This document shows, in pieces, positions 55,306 to 64,000 of a stretch of DNA of 64,000 bases; positions within the stretch are counted from its first letter, which is position 1; each line of letters begins with the position of its first letter. The notes beneath the pieces are model-generated. The model saw only the letters and a list, made by a program, of their open reading frames with translations. It was not told the origin of the DNA and searched no databases. Source of the DNA: a virus (lineage: Duplodnaviria; Heunggongvirae; Uroviricota; Caudoviricetes); IMG/VR virus record IMGVR_UViG_2657245091_000008. One strand, given 5' to 3'. The translations under genes were made by a program, and so were the position numbers.

Positions 55306-56304
55306 TTACCCCCTTCTAGAAACGAAGAGTAACGGGGTGGTGTTTTTGTTCTCTTTCGGTGATAACTCTGGTTCTTTCTTGCCTGATACCGGTAAGCCAT
55401 AAGTAGCATTTGCCCCAAGAGATTCAAGCATCGCAGCCACTATGCGGGCATCATCTTCAGACTGCATACGGCAGAGCGCCCGGCGCTGTTCTGCGCTGAT
55501 AAAAACAGGCATTTCCTGGATAGCGTCACGCAAAATCCGGCGGCATTGCTTTGCATTTTCCCCCTGGCTTTCCATCATCGCTGTTTGAGCGCGCAGCTTA
55601 TCTCGAAGCTGTATGTTTTCCACTTCAAGGAGCATCAATTCTGATTCCAGGGCTTCACGATGTGCAGATTCGAGCATGGCTTGCTGATTTTTCATTGCTG
55701 AAAAGTGGTGAACCAGATCCGTAGCAGCGTTATCAGTAAAACCTTGTTCGATAAGTGCTGCATGAATAGCCGCATCGCGCTCTTCTGCTGATTCAAGCAT
55801 CAGGCTTTTCTTGTCGAGGCTGATATAGTTAGGCACAGTTACGTAATCAAAGCCGTGGAAAGACTTTACCAGGGATACCGATGAATCTGGACCAGATGTA
55901 GCCCACGACCAACCACCAGCACCAGAATTAATCATGCCCTGAACAATACGCCCGGTGTCTGTATCCAGTATTTCCTGCGTATGCGTAACAATGCCGTTGT
56001 CGTCAATCGAAATGTCGATAGTCCTGTTTGACGGCACGTTCTCCAATACAACAGGCTTCCCATCTACCATCACAACAGAGACTTCCGGCAAGTTCAGGCT
56101 TTTCGTTTTGTTATAGTGCATCGCCCGGCGACCATGACCGTAATAACCATACATCTCACCCAGCGCGATACGCTCTTTTGTTTCTGGCGAGTTGAATGTG
56201 TCTCGTACCGACTGAATGACGTAATTTCGGTTGTTCTGCGGTGTGTGTTTGCGGATTTTCTCTACCAGGGAGAAGCGATCCGTAACAGTATTCAGTGATT
56301 GCAT
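55306..56304 (-). CDS. Putative head morphogenesis protein (prohead protease/scaffold-like, pro position)
   Basis: 332-aa ORF directly downstream of portal-like gene; C-terminal coiled coil; by synteny. Confidence 0.4.
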   Translation of the reverse strand: MQSLNTVTDRFSLVEKIRKHTPQNNRNYVIQSVRDTFNSPETKERIALGEMYGYYGHGRRAMHYNKTKSLNLPEVSVVMVDGKPVVLENVPSNRTIDISIDDNGIVTHTQEILDTDTGRIVQGMINSGAGGWSWATSGPDSSVSLVKSFHGFDYVTVPNYISLDKKSLMLESAEERDAAIHAALIEQGFTDNAATDLVHHFSAMKNQQAMLESAHREALESELMLLEVENIQLRDKLRAQTAMMESQGENAKQCRRILRDAIQEMPVFISAEQRRALCRMQSEDDARIVAAMLESLGANATYGLPVSGKKEPELSPKENKNTTPLLFVSRRG

Positions 56305-56317
56305 TATTTCCCTCCGG

Positions 56318-58000
56318 TTAATTGCTCATCACAAATTTTGCAAAGTTTATTAACTGTTCTGGCGTCCAGTTTTCCGGATCGTCACCGGACGACAACGGCG
56401 CGGATTCGTACATACCATGCTCGTTGTTTTGCTCTGATTCATTCGCCTTAAACTCTTTGATCATGGTGTTGAGAGTGTCATCGTCGATGTGCAACTGCTC
56501 GATGAACAGATAACGCATAAACGCGTCACTACCAGCCAGTTTCGGGTTGTTCTGGATCTGGTCCATAATTTGGGAGATGACAGCAACAAAGTTGGCGCGT
56601 GCATCCAGTTCCCGGTTTTCCTCTTCCTGGATAGCAGTGTTCATTGAGTTGAATTGCACGTCATAAGGACGGTTTTTTTCGGTGTAAACCTTCCCGTATT
56701 TATAAGCGAGGTGAATATCATGAAGCCGATAAATAGTTCGCTGGGCGGCCTGTCTGATCCAGTTCGCACGTAATGCGGCCTGGATAGCTGTTTGCTGCCA
56801 ACCGCCTTCCCCAAGTCCACCACTCATCTGATCAGCCCAGCCAAGCATTGTTGCGTCAATGCCTAGGCTTGCAGCAAGCTGCCGGAGGTGAAACATAACG
56901 TCTTCGATACCACTGATATCTGCGGGTATGGATTGCGTATCAATGGTGATGCCATTCTTCCCATCCCCCATAACAGGTATCAGGTGGTTTAGCACCGTCG
57001 GAATAGCGTTGGCATTAATCGACCTTTGCGCCACCAGGTCACTATGACGCTTCAATGCCTGACTGACGCCACGCGTATAGTTCGCCGCATTAACCGGGTC
57101 CAGTGTATTCGTCGTAAGAGCAATCAGGCGGTCAATTTTGGCTGCATTATTTCGCGTTGATTTCAGCGCGGCGAGCGCAGCACATAAATTCAGGTAAGGT
57201 TCATAGCTGTATTCAAGGAATGAAGTTCCGTAATTCTGCGTCTCCATTAACGGCTTATCAGCCTGCTCACTTAACAGTGAGTACCCTTTTGTGCCGTAGC
57301 TAACCGGAATAACTTTATGCTGCGGCGTCCAATAGGGATTTTTCATGGAAACCAGATTCCACGGTTCGGTTATTACTCTGCGCAAACTATGCGTATCCAG
57401 GATGTAATCACCACTGAAACCTACCAGCTGGCTACCACGATAAAACTCCTGGACGAAGTGTGGCAGAGTGTAATAACTGGACTCAATGCCTGTTATCCCC
57501 CTGCCCTGTTCAGCATAAGGGCGGACATAAGACACCCCAAAGATCGCCATAATCATGGCCCATGAAGGAAGTCCGTCATTAATCATCGCCCCCAAATCAG
57601 CGGTTAACTCTTCACATCTACTTACTGCCTCGGCATCGGAACCATCCTTTGGCGAAAGGATGAATGCTTGTCCGGTTTTTTTTGAAGGCGCAAGCGCATG
57701 TGCAATGTGAATGTTTAAAGCCGTCGAGATAGTCGGGCTTTTAGCCATCGTTTCCAGGATGTTGTACTTTTGCAGGCGCTCGCCGGGCAGTTCAGCGGAT
57801 AAAGAAATTGAATCTGCTGCACTCGTCATGCCATCGCTGTTGCTCCCCAGTATACCTGGACGTAAAGCAGACAGGCCGGAACGAGCAACGACACTATGCC
57901 CGCTCGTAAAAACGACCGGATCGGCGGGCGTAACATCACCACCGTTGAAGGCTTTCTTCAATGCTGACAGAAAGCCTTTATTTTTGTCTTTCGTTGCCAT
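56318..58000 (-). CDS. Putative portal protein (prt position)
   Basis: 560-aa ORF in head gene block between Dar-like genes and pro-like gene; by size and synteny. Confidence 0.45.
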   Translation of the reverse strand: MATKDKNKGFLSALKKAFNGGDVTPADPVVFTSGHSVVARSGLSALRPGILGSNSDGMTSAADSISLSAELPGERLQKYNILETMAKSPTISTALNIHIAHALAPSKKTGQAFILSPKDGSDAEAVSRCEELTADLGAMINDGLPSWAMIMAIFGVSYVRPYAEQGRGITGIESSYYTLPHFVQEFYRGSQLVGFSGDYILDTHSLRRVITEPWNLVSMKNPYWTPQHKVIPVSYGTKGYSLLSEQADKPLMETQNYGTSFLEYSYEPYLNLCAALAALKSTRNNAAKIDRLIALTTNTLDPVNAANYTRGVSQALKRHSDLVAQRSINANAIPTVLNHLIPVMGDGKNGITIDTQSIPADISGIEDVMFHLRQLAASLGIDATMLGWADQMSGGLGEGGWQQTAIQAALRANWIRQAAQRTIYRLHDIHLAYKYGKVYTEKNRPYDVQFNSMNTAIQEEENRELDARANFVAVISQIMDQIQNNPKLAGSDAFMRYLFIEQLHIDDDTLNTMIKEFKANESEQNNEHGMYESAPLSSGDDPENWTPEQLINFAKFVMSN

Positions 58001-58064
58001 GAATCACCGCAAATTGTTTCCAGTTTTGCGGCAGCATAATCAGTATGTGATTTCAGCGGTTGGT

Positions 58065-59462
58065 TTAGTTTTCCGTACGGCAATTATTTAAATCTGTAGA
58101 ATTTTCAAACATAGCAAAGTTCAGACCTTTCCCTTCGCCAAATTCACCCTCAATTTCATCAGATACAGCAGACAAAATACGACGCAGATCAACATCGCCA
58201 CCGCCGAACATATCGCCTAATGCCTGTTGTTTATGAGTCAGCTCGTCGTTGATTTTTTGCGCCATTTTTTTGAATGCTGCCCCCATACGCTTCGCACTGC
58301 GATTATTTGCTACGATGAATAACGCCAATGCCTCAGCTTCCGGTGTACTGTCGCCGAATAACCCCCTTTGGGCGATCACTTCTTCAACGGCCTGACCGTT
58401 GTCTTTGGCTTCACGTACAAGATTAATTGCTTCCTGGAGTGCTGCTATCGCCTGTGTATCCAGGCTATTAACCTGCTCTATACCGTCCACTAATCCTGTT
58501 ACTGCGTCATGGTGAGCGTCGCCAGACAGCGACTGCATTTGCGCAAAATCGCTGGCTGCCGTATTTAATGCGGTCAGGATATTACGCATTTCCGGATCTG
58601 GCTCTTCCGACACCAGCCGAACAAGCCTTTCATCCTTGTACGCTTTGGCAAAAATTGCATTCTGAATGCGATCGATAAGCTGTTTCGTGGGACGCCCATC
58701 GGCAGTAAGCAAGCCTGCCGTCGCTGTATCGCCAATTTCACGCAAAAACGCACGAATAAACGCATCATTGGATCGCGCCAGCAGATTTCCATCATCTGAA
58801 GGATTAAATAGCGCCATGACGCTCTCAGTGAGAAATTGCGCATCCGCATACGCTTTTTCACTTGCTGCCATCTCTTGCAGATCGCTAATGTTTGAATCGC
58901 GGGCAAATTGAGCGCGGTCTACATCTGTGAGTCTTTCTCGCACCAGTACGGGCATAGACATTTGCGAAATTTCGTCAGGATTCAGACCAAACTCTTTCGC
59001 ATGGTCGATCAGGTACTGGCGATACTCATCCGCCTGTCCCTGCTCATAGGCACGCCAGATACCCATACTCCTTCCGTTGCCGGATTCAACAACGTTGTCC
59101 GGACCGACTATCGGCGCTCCGTGGCTGCTCATACCGGAATCCGTTAATTGTGCCGGGCGTAAATTAGAGGCAATACGGTTAACCTGGAGTTTGCTGGATA
59201 GCCGGGTACGATCTCGTGGTTGGAGTTCTTCCGGGAAGGCCGGGTTAATCGTACCGTCAAGGTTGTTCGAAATGATCAGACTGCTGGCATCAACGACCTT
59301 AAAAGCCGTCTTTACCTCTGCACCTTTGCTGGTGACTACGTAGCTACTTCGCCCCAGACGTGTTTCTTCCCTTTCTAATGAAGAAACCAGAGCAATGACG
59401 CTGTTAATATCTGCGGCCTCGGAAAGCGCAGAAGTAACTGATTTGTTCAAAATACACTCCAA
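58065..59462 (-). CDS. Hypothetical head-associated protein (Ddr-like position)
   Basis: 465-aa ORF downstream of darA-like gene. Confidence 0.4.
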   Translation of the reverse strand: MECILNKSVTSALSEAADINSVIALVSSLEREETRLGRSSYVVTSKGAEVKTAFKVVDASSLIISNNLDGTINPAFPEELQPRDRTRLSSKLQVNRIASNLRPAQLTDSGMSSHGAPIVGPDNVVESGNGRSMGIWRAYEQGQADEYRQYLIDHAKEFGLNPDEISQMSMPVLVRERLTDVDRAQFARDSNISDLQEMAASEKAYADAQFLTESVMALFNPSDDGNLLARSNDAFIRAFLREIGDTATAGLLTADGRPTKQLIDRIQNAIFAKAYKDERLVRLVSEEPDPEMRNILTALNTAASDFAQMQSLSGDAHHDAVTGLVDGIEQVNSLDTQAIAALQEAINLVREAKDNGQAVEEVIAQRGLFGDSTPEAEALALFIVANNRSAKRMGAAFKKMAQKINDELTHKQQALGDMFGGGDVDLRRILSAVSDEIEGEFGEGKGLNFAMFENSTDLNNCRTEN

Positions 59463-59544
59463 CTATAGAGAAAGCTGTGAGTGTAAAAAGTGTGTGATTT
59501 ATGTGAGAACAGATAAGTGAAAGGGGCATTTCAGCCCCTTTTGA

Positions 59545-59913
59545 TTACCCGGCATAACCGTTAGCTTTCACCCAGCTTATGGTCTGCTCTTTAGCCTGCT
59601 CCAACGTAAGGAACTCGCCAACATAGTTTGAGATCCCACGCAGCGCATCAATAAATTCCATTTGTGTGGACTTTGTGAAGACACCGCCCAAGAAGTCAGT
59701 CACTATCTTAGGGACTTCATCTACAACAGGATCAGTCTGTTGTTGCGGTTCCGCTACCGGTTGCGCGGCAGTCCCCAGGCCCAATTTCAGCATCACATCA
59801 ACAATCTGCTTACCAATGGTGACGCGTTGCAATACTGGCGCAGTTTTCTGCGCCTGCATTAGATCTGATAGCTCTTTACCTAATTTCAGGCGGTCTAAAA
59901 CAGATATGGTCAT
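59545..59913 (-). CDS. Hypothetical small protein (DdrA-like position)
   Basis: 122-aa ORF coupled to darA-like gene stop. Confidence 0.4.
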   Translation of the reverse strand: MTISVLDRLKLGKELSDLMQAQKTAPVLQRVTIGKQIVDVMLKLGLGTAAQPVAEPQQQTDPVVDEVPKIVTDFLGGVFTKSTQMEFIDALRGISNYVGEFLTLEQAKEQTISWVKANGYAG

Positions 59914-61871
59914 TAAGCACCTCCCTGCTGAATTTCAGCCAGAATGTTGATCAGGTAGTCAACTGCTGCACCCACAGTGGCTTCGTTCTCGTCGTATCGA
60001 CCTGCACTGATTAGAGCGTTTGCTGCTTCCTGCACATGATCAAGTTCAGCACTGATGACCGTCAGATCGCGGGATGTAAACTGCTCCGGCACGGATTTCA
60101 GGTACTCCAGCGCTTTATCTGCCTCCTGATCAGCTTCACTTGCTGATTCACCCGTTTCTTCTGGCTCCTGTTCTGGTGCTGGTTGTGGTTGTGATTCTGG
60201 CTCAACCATATGCTCTGTTTTTACTTCGCTTGAATGATTTTGAAGGGCGTTATACACGTCCATAATGAAAAGGTTCTCCCCATCACTAAGTGGATACGCC
60301 ACGTTTGGAAACGCTTTGCGGAAAAGAATTTTCACTTGCGCCTTGAATGTTTTCAGGTCACTGCCAAACAGGTCCACATAGCCATCAATATGTTTCGACA
60401 TGCTGGACGCAACCAATTGGCCTGCAAAATCTTTCAGCTCATCTTCATCAGGAAGATAGAGCAACTCGTACTGGCTGACTTCTTCATCTGTCAGTTTACG
60501 GTCATACGTAATGATACCGTGACGAGCATATTCGTAATACTGATCAGCCTGGTCAGGACGATCAAGCACGGCTTTATTTCCATCCGGAACAGCACCAACA
60601 CCAGCCGGGCGAGATTGAAGTGCATAGTGGTATTTACCTACATCTTGGCTCTCTGGTTGTAATACTGGGTTCGTTTCGGGGTCTGTCTGTGGTGGTTCGG
60701 AGTCTTCCAACTGGCCTGGTAACACATCAACTTTATATTTATCTGCGTTATGCTCTCGGTAGGCTTTAAGTAATTTGGTTGCAGCATCTGCCAAACTGCC
60801 TCCTTTGACAGCACTGGCATCAATACTGAATTTACCTTCAGGTGCTACTATCGTAACGAAATTGTCACTGCCGGACGTGACATAATTAACTTCAGCGCCA
60901 TTATCCAGCACTGTTTTTCCGTCAATGGCAAGATTATGTTTTACATGTCGCAGCTGGTCACTAAACGCTCGTTCTTTCGTTTTTTCACCTTTAGCAGACA
61001 ACAATTTATCGCGTTTTGCTTGTAATTCCTCGTTGATGGCTTTCTGGGCATCAAGTTTTTTTTGCATCTCCGTAAGAGCAGCACGCTTTTCAGTCAGCCC
61101 ACGTTGCGCAACTTCCACCTGATCAATCATTATTGACCGTTCTTCTGCCAGTTTATCTGCTTCATTGAGATAACTCTCAATATCTGCCTTCATTTTGTCC
61201 TGGCGCTCTTTTGCTTTCTTAAATTTTTCGCTGTTACGCTCAATCAAATTAGATAGCGCCTGGCATACCTGGCTTAAAGAAACATCTCTCCCACCAATCG
61301 GGGCGACAACGTGAGTTACGTTACGTTTATTAAGTAAAAACTGAAATGCAACAAGCTCGTCGTTACTCTTTATTTTTGCCCCGTCAGCTGTTGGAGAGTG
61401 GAAAATTATGCTTGTACTCTGCCCGTCAGTAAGCGGTATCTGCGCGGTCAAAACAGGGATATTAGCTACCCGACGTACACGACCGATAATCGCACCACCA
61501 ATACAATTACGTCCATTTTCATCGGTCCCAGCTTCATCAGTCCCTGCCATAATATTCGTACCATTCAGGCCACGATTCAGCGCACGGACGAAAGCTCGCA
61601 TTGTTTGAGCTAACCGAATTCTGGTTGTAGTTATGGACTCAAACATAGCTTCGTCAGACACAACCAGAATTTCATTGCCCATATAGGCAAGCTCAATATC
61701 TTCTAAGGTCGCCGCCTCAAAAATCAGGTCATCTTCGCTTAATTCTTCTGAAGACCAGCGACTTGGCATATAGCCGGGGATCGTATCAGCAAAAGTAGAC
61801 TGAATATTAATTCGTAAAGGATTGTTAATCATGCTCATCCTCCAGGCGCGCGATTTCTTCTTTAAGAGCAC
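59913..61871 (-). CDS. DarA-like internal head/antirestriction protein
   Basis: 652-aa ORF with central coiled coil and acidic C-terminus; flanked by hdf-like, lydA/lydB-like and cin as in P1 darA operon; by synteny and size. Confidence 0.45.
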   Translation of the reverse strand: MLLKKKSRAWRMSMINNPLRINIQSTFADTIPGYMPSRWSSEELSEDDLIFEAATLEDIELAYMGNEILVVSDEAMFESITTTRIRLAQTMRAFVRALNRGLNGTNIMAGTDEAGTDENGRNCIGGAIIGRVRRVANIPVLTAQIPLTDGQSTSIIFHSPTADGAKIKSNDELVAFQFLLNKRNVTHVVAPIGGRDVSLSQVCQALSNLIERNSEKFKKAKERQDKMKADIESYLNEADKLAEERSIMIDQVEVAQRGLTEKRAALTEMQKKLDAQKAINEELQAKRDKLLSAKGEKTKERAFSDQLRHVKHNLAIDGKTVLDNGAEVNYVTSGSDNFVTIVAPEGKFSIDASAVKGGSLADAATKLLKAYREHNADKYKVDVLPGQLEDSEPPQTDPETNPVLQPESQDVGKYHYALQSRPAGVGAVPDGNKAVLDRPDQADQYYEYARHGIITYDRKLTDEEVSQYELLYLPDEDELKDFAGQLVASSMSKHIDGYVDLFGSDLKTFKAQVKILFRKAFPNVAYPLSDGENLFIMDVYNALQNHSSEVKTEHMVEPESQPQPAPEQEPEETGESASEADQEADKALEYLKSVPEQFTSRDLTVISAELDHVQEAANALISAGRYDENEATVGAAVDYLINILAEIQQGGA

Positions 61872-62460
61872 GTGTCTTAGCTACTTCCTGAGACAAGGCA
61901 GCTTTAACATTACCCGTATCTTGCATTACTTTGTCTGACTTGCTCTGGAGTTTAGACAGTTTGTCGTTAGCATTAGCGATATCTTCACGGAGTGCATCAC
62001 GTGATTCTTTCGCTTCAGCTAATTTCTGAGCGTTAGATTTAACTCCCTGCCGCTTCTTATTTCCGTCATCAATATTTTTTGCTGCACGAGCAAGTTTTCG
62101 AGCTAATGACTTCTGGAAAGAAGTTGCTCCACGATTAAATAAAGCCGCAAGAGATTGCCCCAAAGCCGACATTGTTTTTACTGGCTTGAACGGTACTGTT
62201 TTACCATTCAGTTTGATCCCAGATATATCACCGGTATCGTTAACCTGAACTTCCATTGTCTGTTCATCAATACCAATAAGGGTAAACGTGCGCGTCATGA
62301 TCCCATCTTTCTTCCTGCCATTACTTGCAGGGATCACCCTCGCTATCTTGTAACCACCTTTGCTGATTTCTTTGACGAGTTTTGCCAGCCCCTTTTCGTT
62401 TAACTCATCATAATTAAGAAGAACATAATTATTCTTATTTGACATCCCAGTCTCCTTCAC
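61825..62460 (-). CDS. Hdf-like protein (coiled-coil homolog of a DarA fragment)
   Basis: 211-aa ORF; C-terminal coiled coil resembles the central coiled coil of the darA-like protein. Confidence 0.4.
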   Translation of the reverse strand: MKETGMSNKNNYVLLNYDELNEKGLAKLVKEISKGGYKIARVIPASNGRKKDGIMTRTFTLIGIDEQTMEVQVNDTGDISGIKLNGKTVPFKPVKTMSALGQSLAALFNRGATSFQKSLARKLARAAKNIDDGNKKRQGVKSNAQKLAEAKESRDALREDIANANDKLSKLQSKSDKVMQDTGNVKAALSQEVAKTRALKEEIARLEDEHD

Positions 62461-62881
62461 GCTTTTCGATCGTAAACTGGCGCTCTATGCAGTCATTGAT
62501 AGGGAAAATGCGATAAAGCGGATTCAGTCGACAGTTACCGTTAGTCAATGTGACTTTCAGATCCCACTTCGTTGGCTCAAGATATTTCGTATCGATGAGC
62601 AAATACTCTTCTCTCTCACCGCGTTTTGAGGCGTCAACTGGTCGCGTTTTCCCTGAAATAACCACAGATGGATTTTTCAGGTCTTGCAACCAATATTCGA
62701 TTTGAGCATTGCTGACCCAGCTTCGCTTAACACGTAGCGAAACAGGAAATGCTATAGCGGATTCTTTCACTACAGCGTCACCAATACTCAAAATCTCAAC
62801 ACTCTTGCGACGAAAAATGAAACGGTCAATGATGGCAACAAATGCCATGATAAAAATGAAATAATTTCCAAAGTTACCCAT
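62435..62881 (-). CDS. LydB-like antiholin candidate
   Basis: 148 aa with N-terminal TM helix, immediately downstream of holin-like gene. Confidence 0.4.
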   Translation of the reverse strand: MGNFGNYFIFIMAFVAIIDRFIFRRKSVEILSIGDAVVKESAIAFPVSLRVKRSWVSNAQIEYWLQDLKNPSVVISGKTRPVDASKRGEREEYLLIDTKYLEPTKWDLKVTLTNGNCRLNPLYRIFPINDCIERQFTIEKREGDWDVK

Positions 62882-63207
62882 TATTTCTCTCCACCTTTTC
62901 CCCCATTCGCTATTACGCTTAAGAGATTCAAGACGTTACTAGCTCTGGACTTCAAGCCCTGTAAAATTTCACTACCGTTGTTACTGGCAATCAGAACAAC
63001 GCAGAAAATGATACCTTCAGGCCATTCTTGGCTAACCGCCACCCCATACCCCGCAAGCCCGGCTGTTACCGCAGTAAACAATTCACTCGCAAGATTGAGC
63101 AGGGACGCAGAAATGCGCCCGTCTCTAACTCCGAGAAGGAATACGCCGGTTCCACTTAGTAGGGATGTTATGACTACTACAGCCAGATTTTCATAATCTG
63201 CAAACAT
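62881..63207 (-). CDS. LydA-like holin candidate
   Basis: 108 aa, two to three TM helices and charged C-terminus; first gene of the dar-like operon. Confidence 0.45.
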   Translation of the reverse strand: MFADYENLAVVVITSLLSGTGVFLLGVRDGRISASLLNLASELFTAVTAGLAGYGVAVSQEWPEGIIFCVVLIASNNGSEILQGLKSRASNVLNLLSVIANGGKGGEK

Positions 63208-63312
63208 ACCCCTCCAGAAATAACATCTAATGCGCCACTAACTTAGTCAGTTTGTTATTTCCTTACAGGACATCTTCTAAAATCTCCCCCCTTAACATAC
63301 AAGGGGGGACAT

Positions 63313-63873
63313 ATGCTTATTGGATACATTCGCGTATCAACTAATGACCAAAACACCGCTTTACAACGAAACGCCCTTGAAAGCGCAGGATGTGAGCTAA
63401 TTTTTGAGGATAAGGCGAGCGGCAAAAAGGCTGAACGCCCAGGGTTAAAAAAGGTTCTGCGTATTCTTTCCAGAGGTGACACCCTGGTCGTATGGAAGTT
63501 AGATCGTCTTGGGCGCAGCATGCGTCACTTGGTTGTGCTGGTGGAAGAGCTGCGTGACAGAGGCATTAACTTCCGAAGTCTCACTGACTCCATCGACACC
63601 AGTACACCAATGGGGCGCTTTTTCTTTCACGTAATGGGGGCGCTGGCAGAAATGGAACGTGAGCTTATCGTTGAACGTACACGCGCTGGACTTGATGCAG
63701 CTCGCGCAGAAGGTCGTATAGGTGGGCGTCGGCCTAAATACAAAGAAGAAACATGGCAGCAAATGCGGCGATTGCTGGAGAAGGGCATCCCCCGTAAGCA
63801 GGTTGCAATCATCTATGATGTGGCTGTTTCCACGCTTTATAAGAAGTTTCCGGCGTCATCATTTCAATCCTAA
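63313..63873 (+). CDS. cin: Cin/Gin/Hin-family serine DNA invertase
   Basis: MLIGYIRVSTNDQNT...LVVWKLDRLGRSM...FFFHVMGALAEMERELI...GRIGGR; near-full-length similarity to P1 Cin. Confidence 0.85.
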   Translation: MLIGYIRVSTNDQNTALQRNALESAGCELIFEDKASGKKAERPGLKKVLRILSRGDTLVVWKLDRLGRSMRHLVVLVEELRDRGINFRSLTDSIDTSTPMGRFFFHVMGALAEMERELIVERTRAGLDAARAEGRIGGRRPKYKEETWQQMRRLLEKGIPRKQVAIIYDVAVSTLYKKFPASSFQS

Positions 63874-63890
63874 ACCTTGGTTTAAGAGAA
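63865..63890. other. cix/hix-like inversion crossover site at 3' end of cin
   Basis: Reverse complement TTCTCTTAAACC-AA-GGTTTAGGATTG closely resembles hixL TTCTTGAAAACC-AA-GGTTTTTGATAA. Confidence 0.5.
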
Positions 63891-64000
63891 CTCGGTACCA
63901 GCGGTGAAAAGATCCCCCTGTTGAGCACGGCTAACACATGGAGTGCGCGCCAGACTTTCAACGGCGGGATCACCGGGGCGCTGACAGGGAACGCCGACAC

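Noticed and set aside
1-64000. CRISPR arrays, insertion sequences or transposase genes
   Set aside because: No regularly spaced short direct repeats with unique spacers and no transposase-like ORFs or terminal inverted repeats were found on inspection.
63809-64000. Minus-strand track ORF at the right window edge
   Set aside because: Lies across the cix-like site and the end of cin; too short and truncated by the window edge to interpret as a tail-fibre fragment.

Overview
This window reads as a mosaic segment of a P1-like temperate phage or phage-plasmid of Enterobacteriaceae. All calls below come from reading the sequence and ORF translations against remembered protein families; no searches were run. 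P1 hallmark genes recognised: phd-doc addiction module (27306-27907), humD behind a LexA box, pacA/pacB terminase with a GATC-rich pac-like cluster, an lpa-like gene, a Cre-like recombinase next to a lox-like palindrome, ref, a 2278-aa darB, a darA/hdf/lydA/lydB-like block with portal and head genes, a Cin invertase with a cix-like site at the right edge, two icd/antirepressor (immI-like) modules, and an array of five tRNA genes plus a tRNA-like remnant. The left edge carries a truncated dam, a C5-methyltransferase-like gene, rdgC and a baseplate hub/spike-like block; the middle (14.4-26.6 kb) is a lambdoid nin-like early region (Ser/Thr phosphatase, PAPS-reductase-like, Ead/Ea22 and DUF551 proteins). 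Cargo that departs from what I recall of P1: a low-GC island (5.4-11.6 kb) with higB-higA, an extra HigA-like regulator and a 2-TM coiled-coil protein; an operon between doc and cre (27.9-31.8 kb) with a degenerate terminase-large-subunit paralog, a dUTPase and a DUF2829 (Tad2-like) domain protein; further DUF2829-like ORFs; and a 17-20 bp motif recurring at 12 loci upstream of operons, probably a repressor operator. The strongest candidates for something undescribed are the pseudo-terminase operon and the higA-like/membrane-protein pair. Gene names for structural and Dar proteins rest on synteny and size and are tentative.
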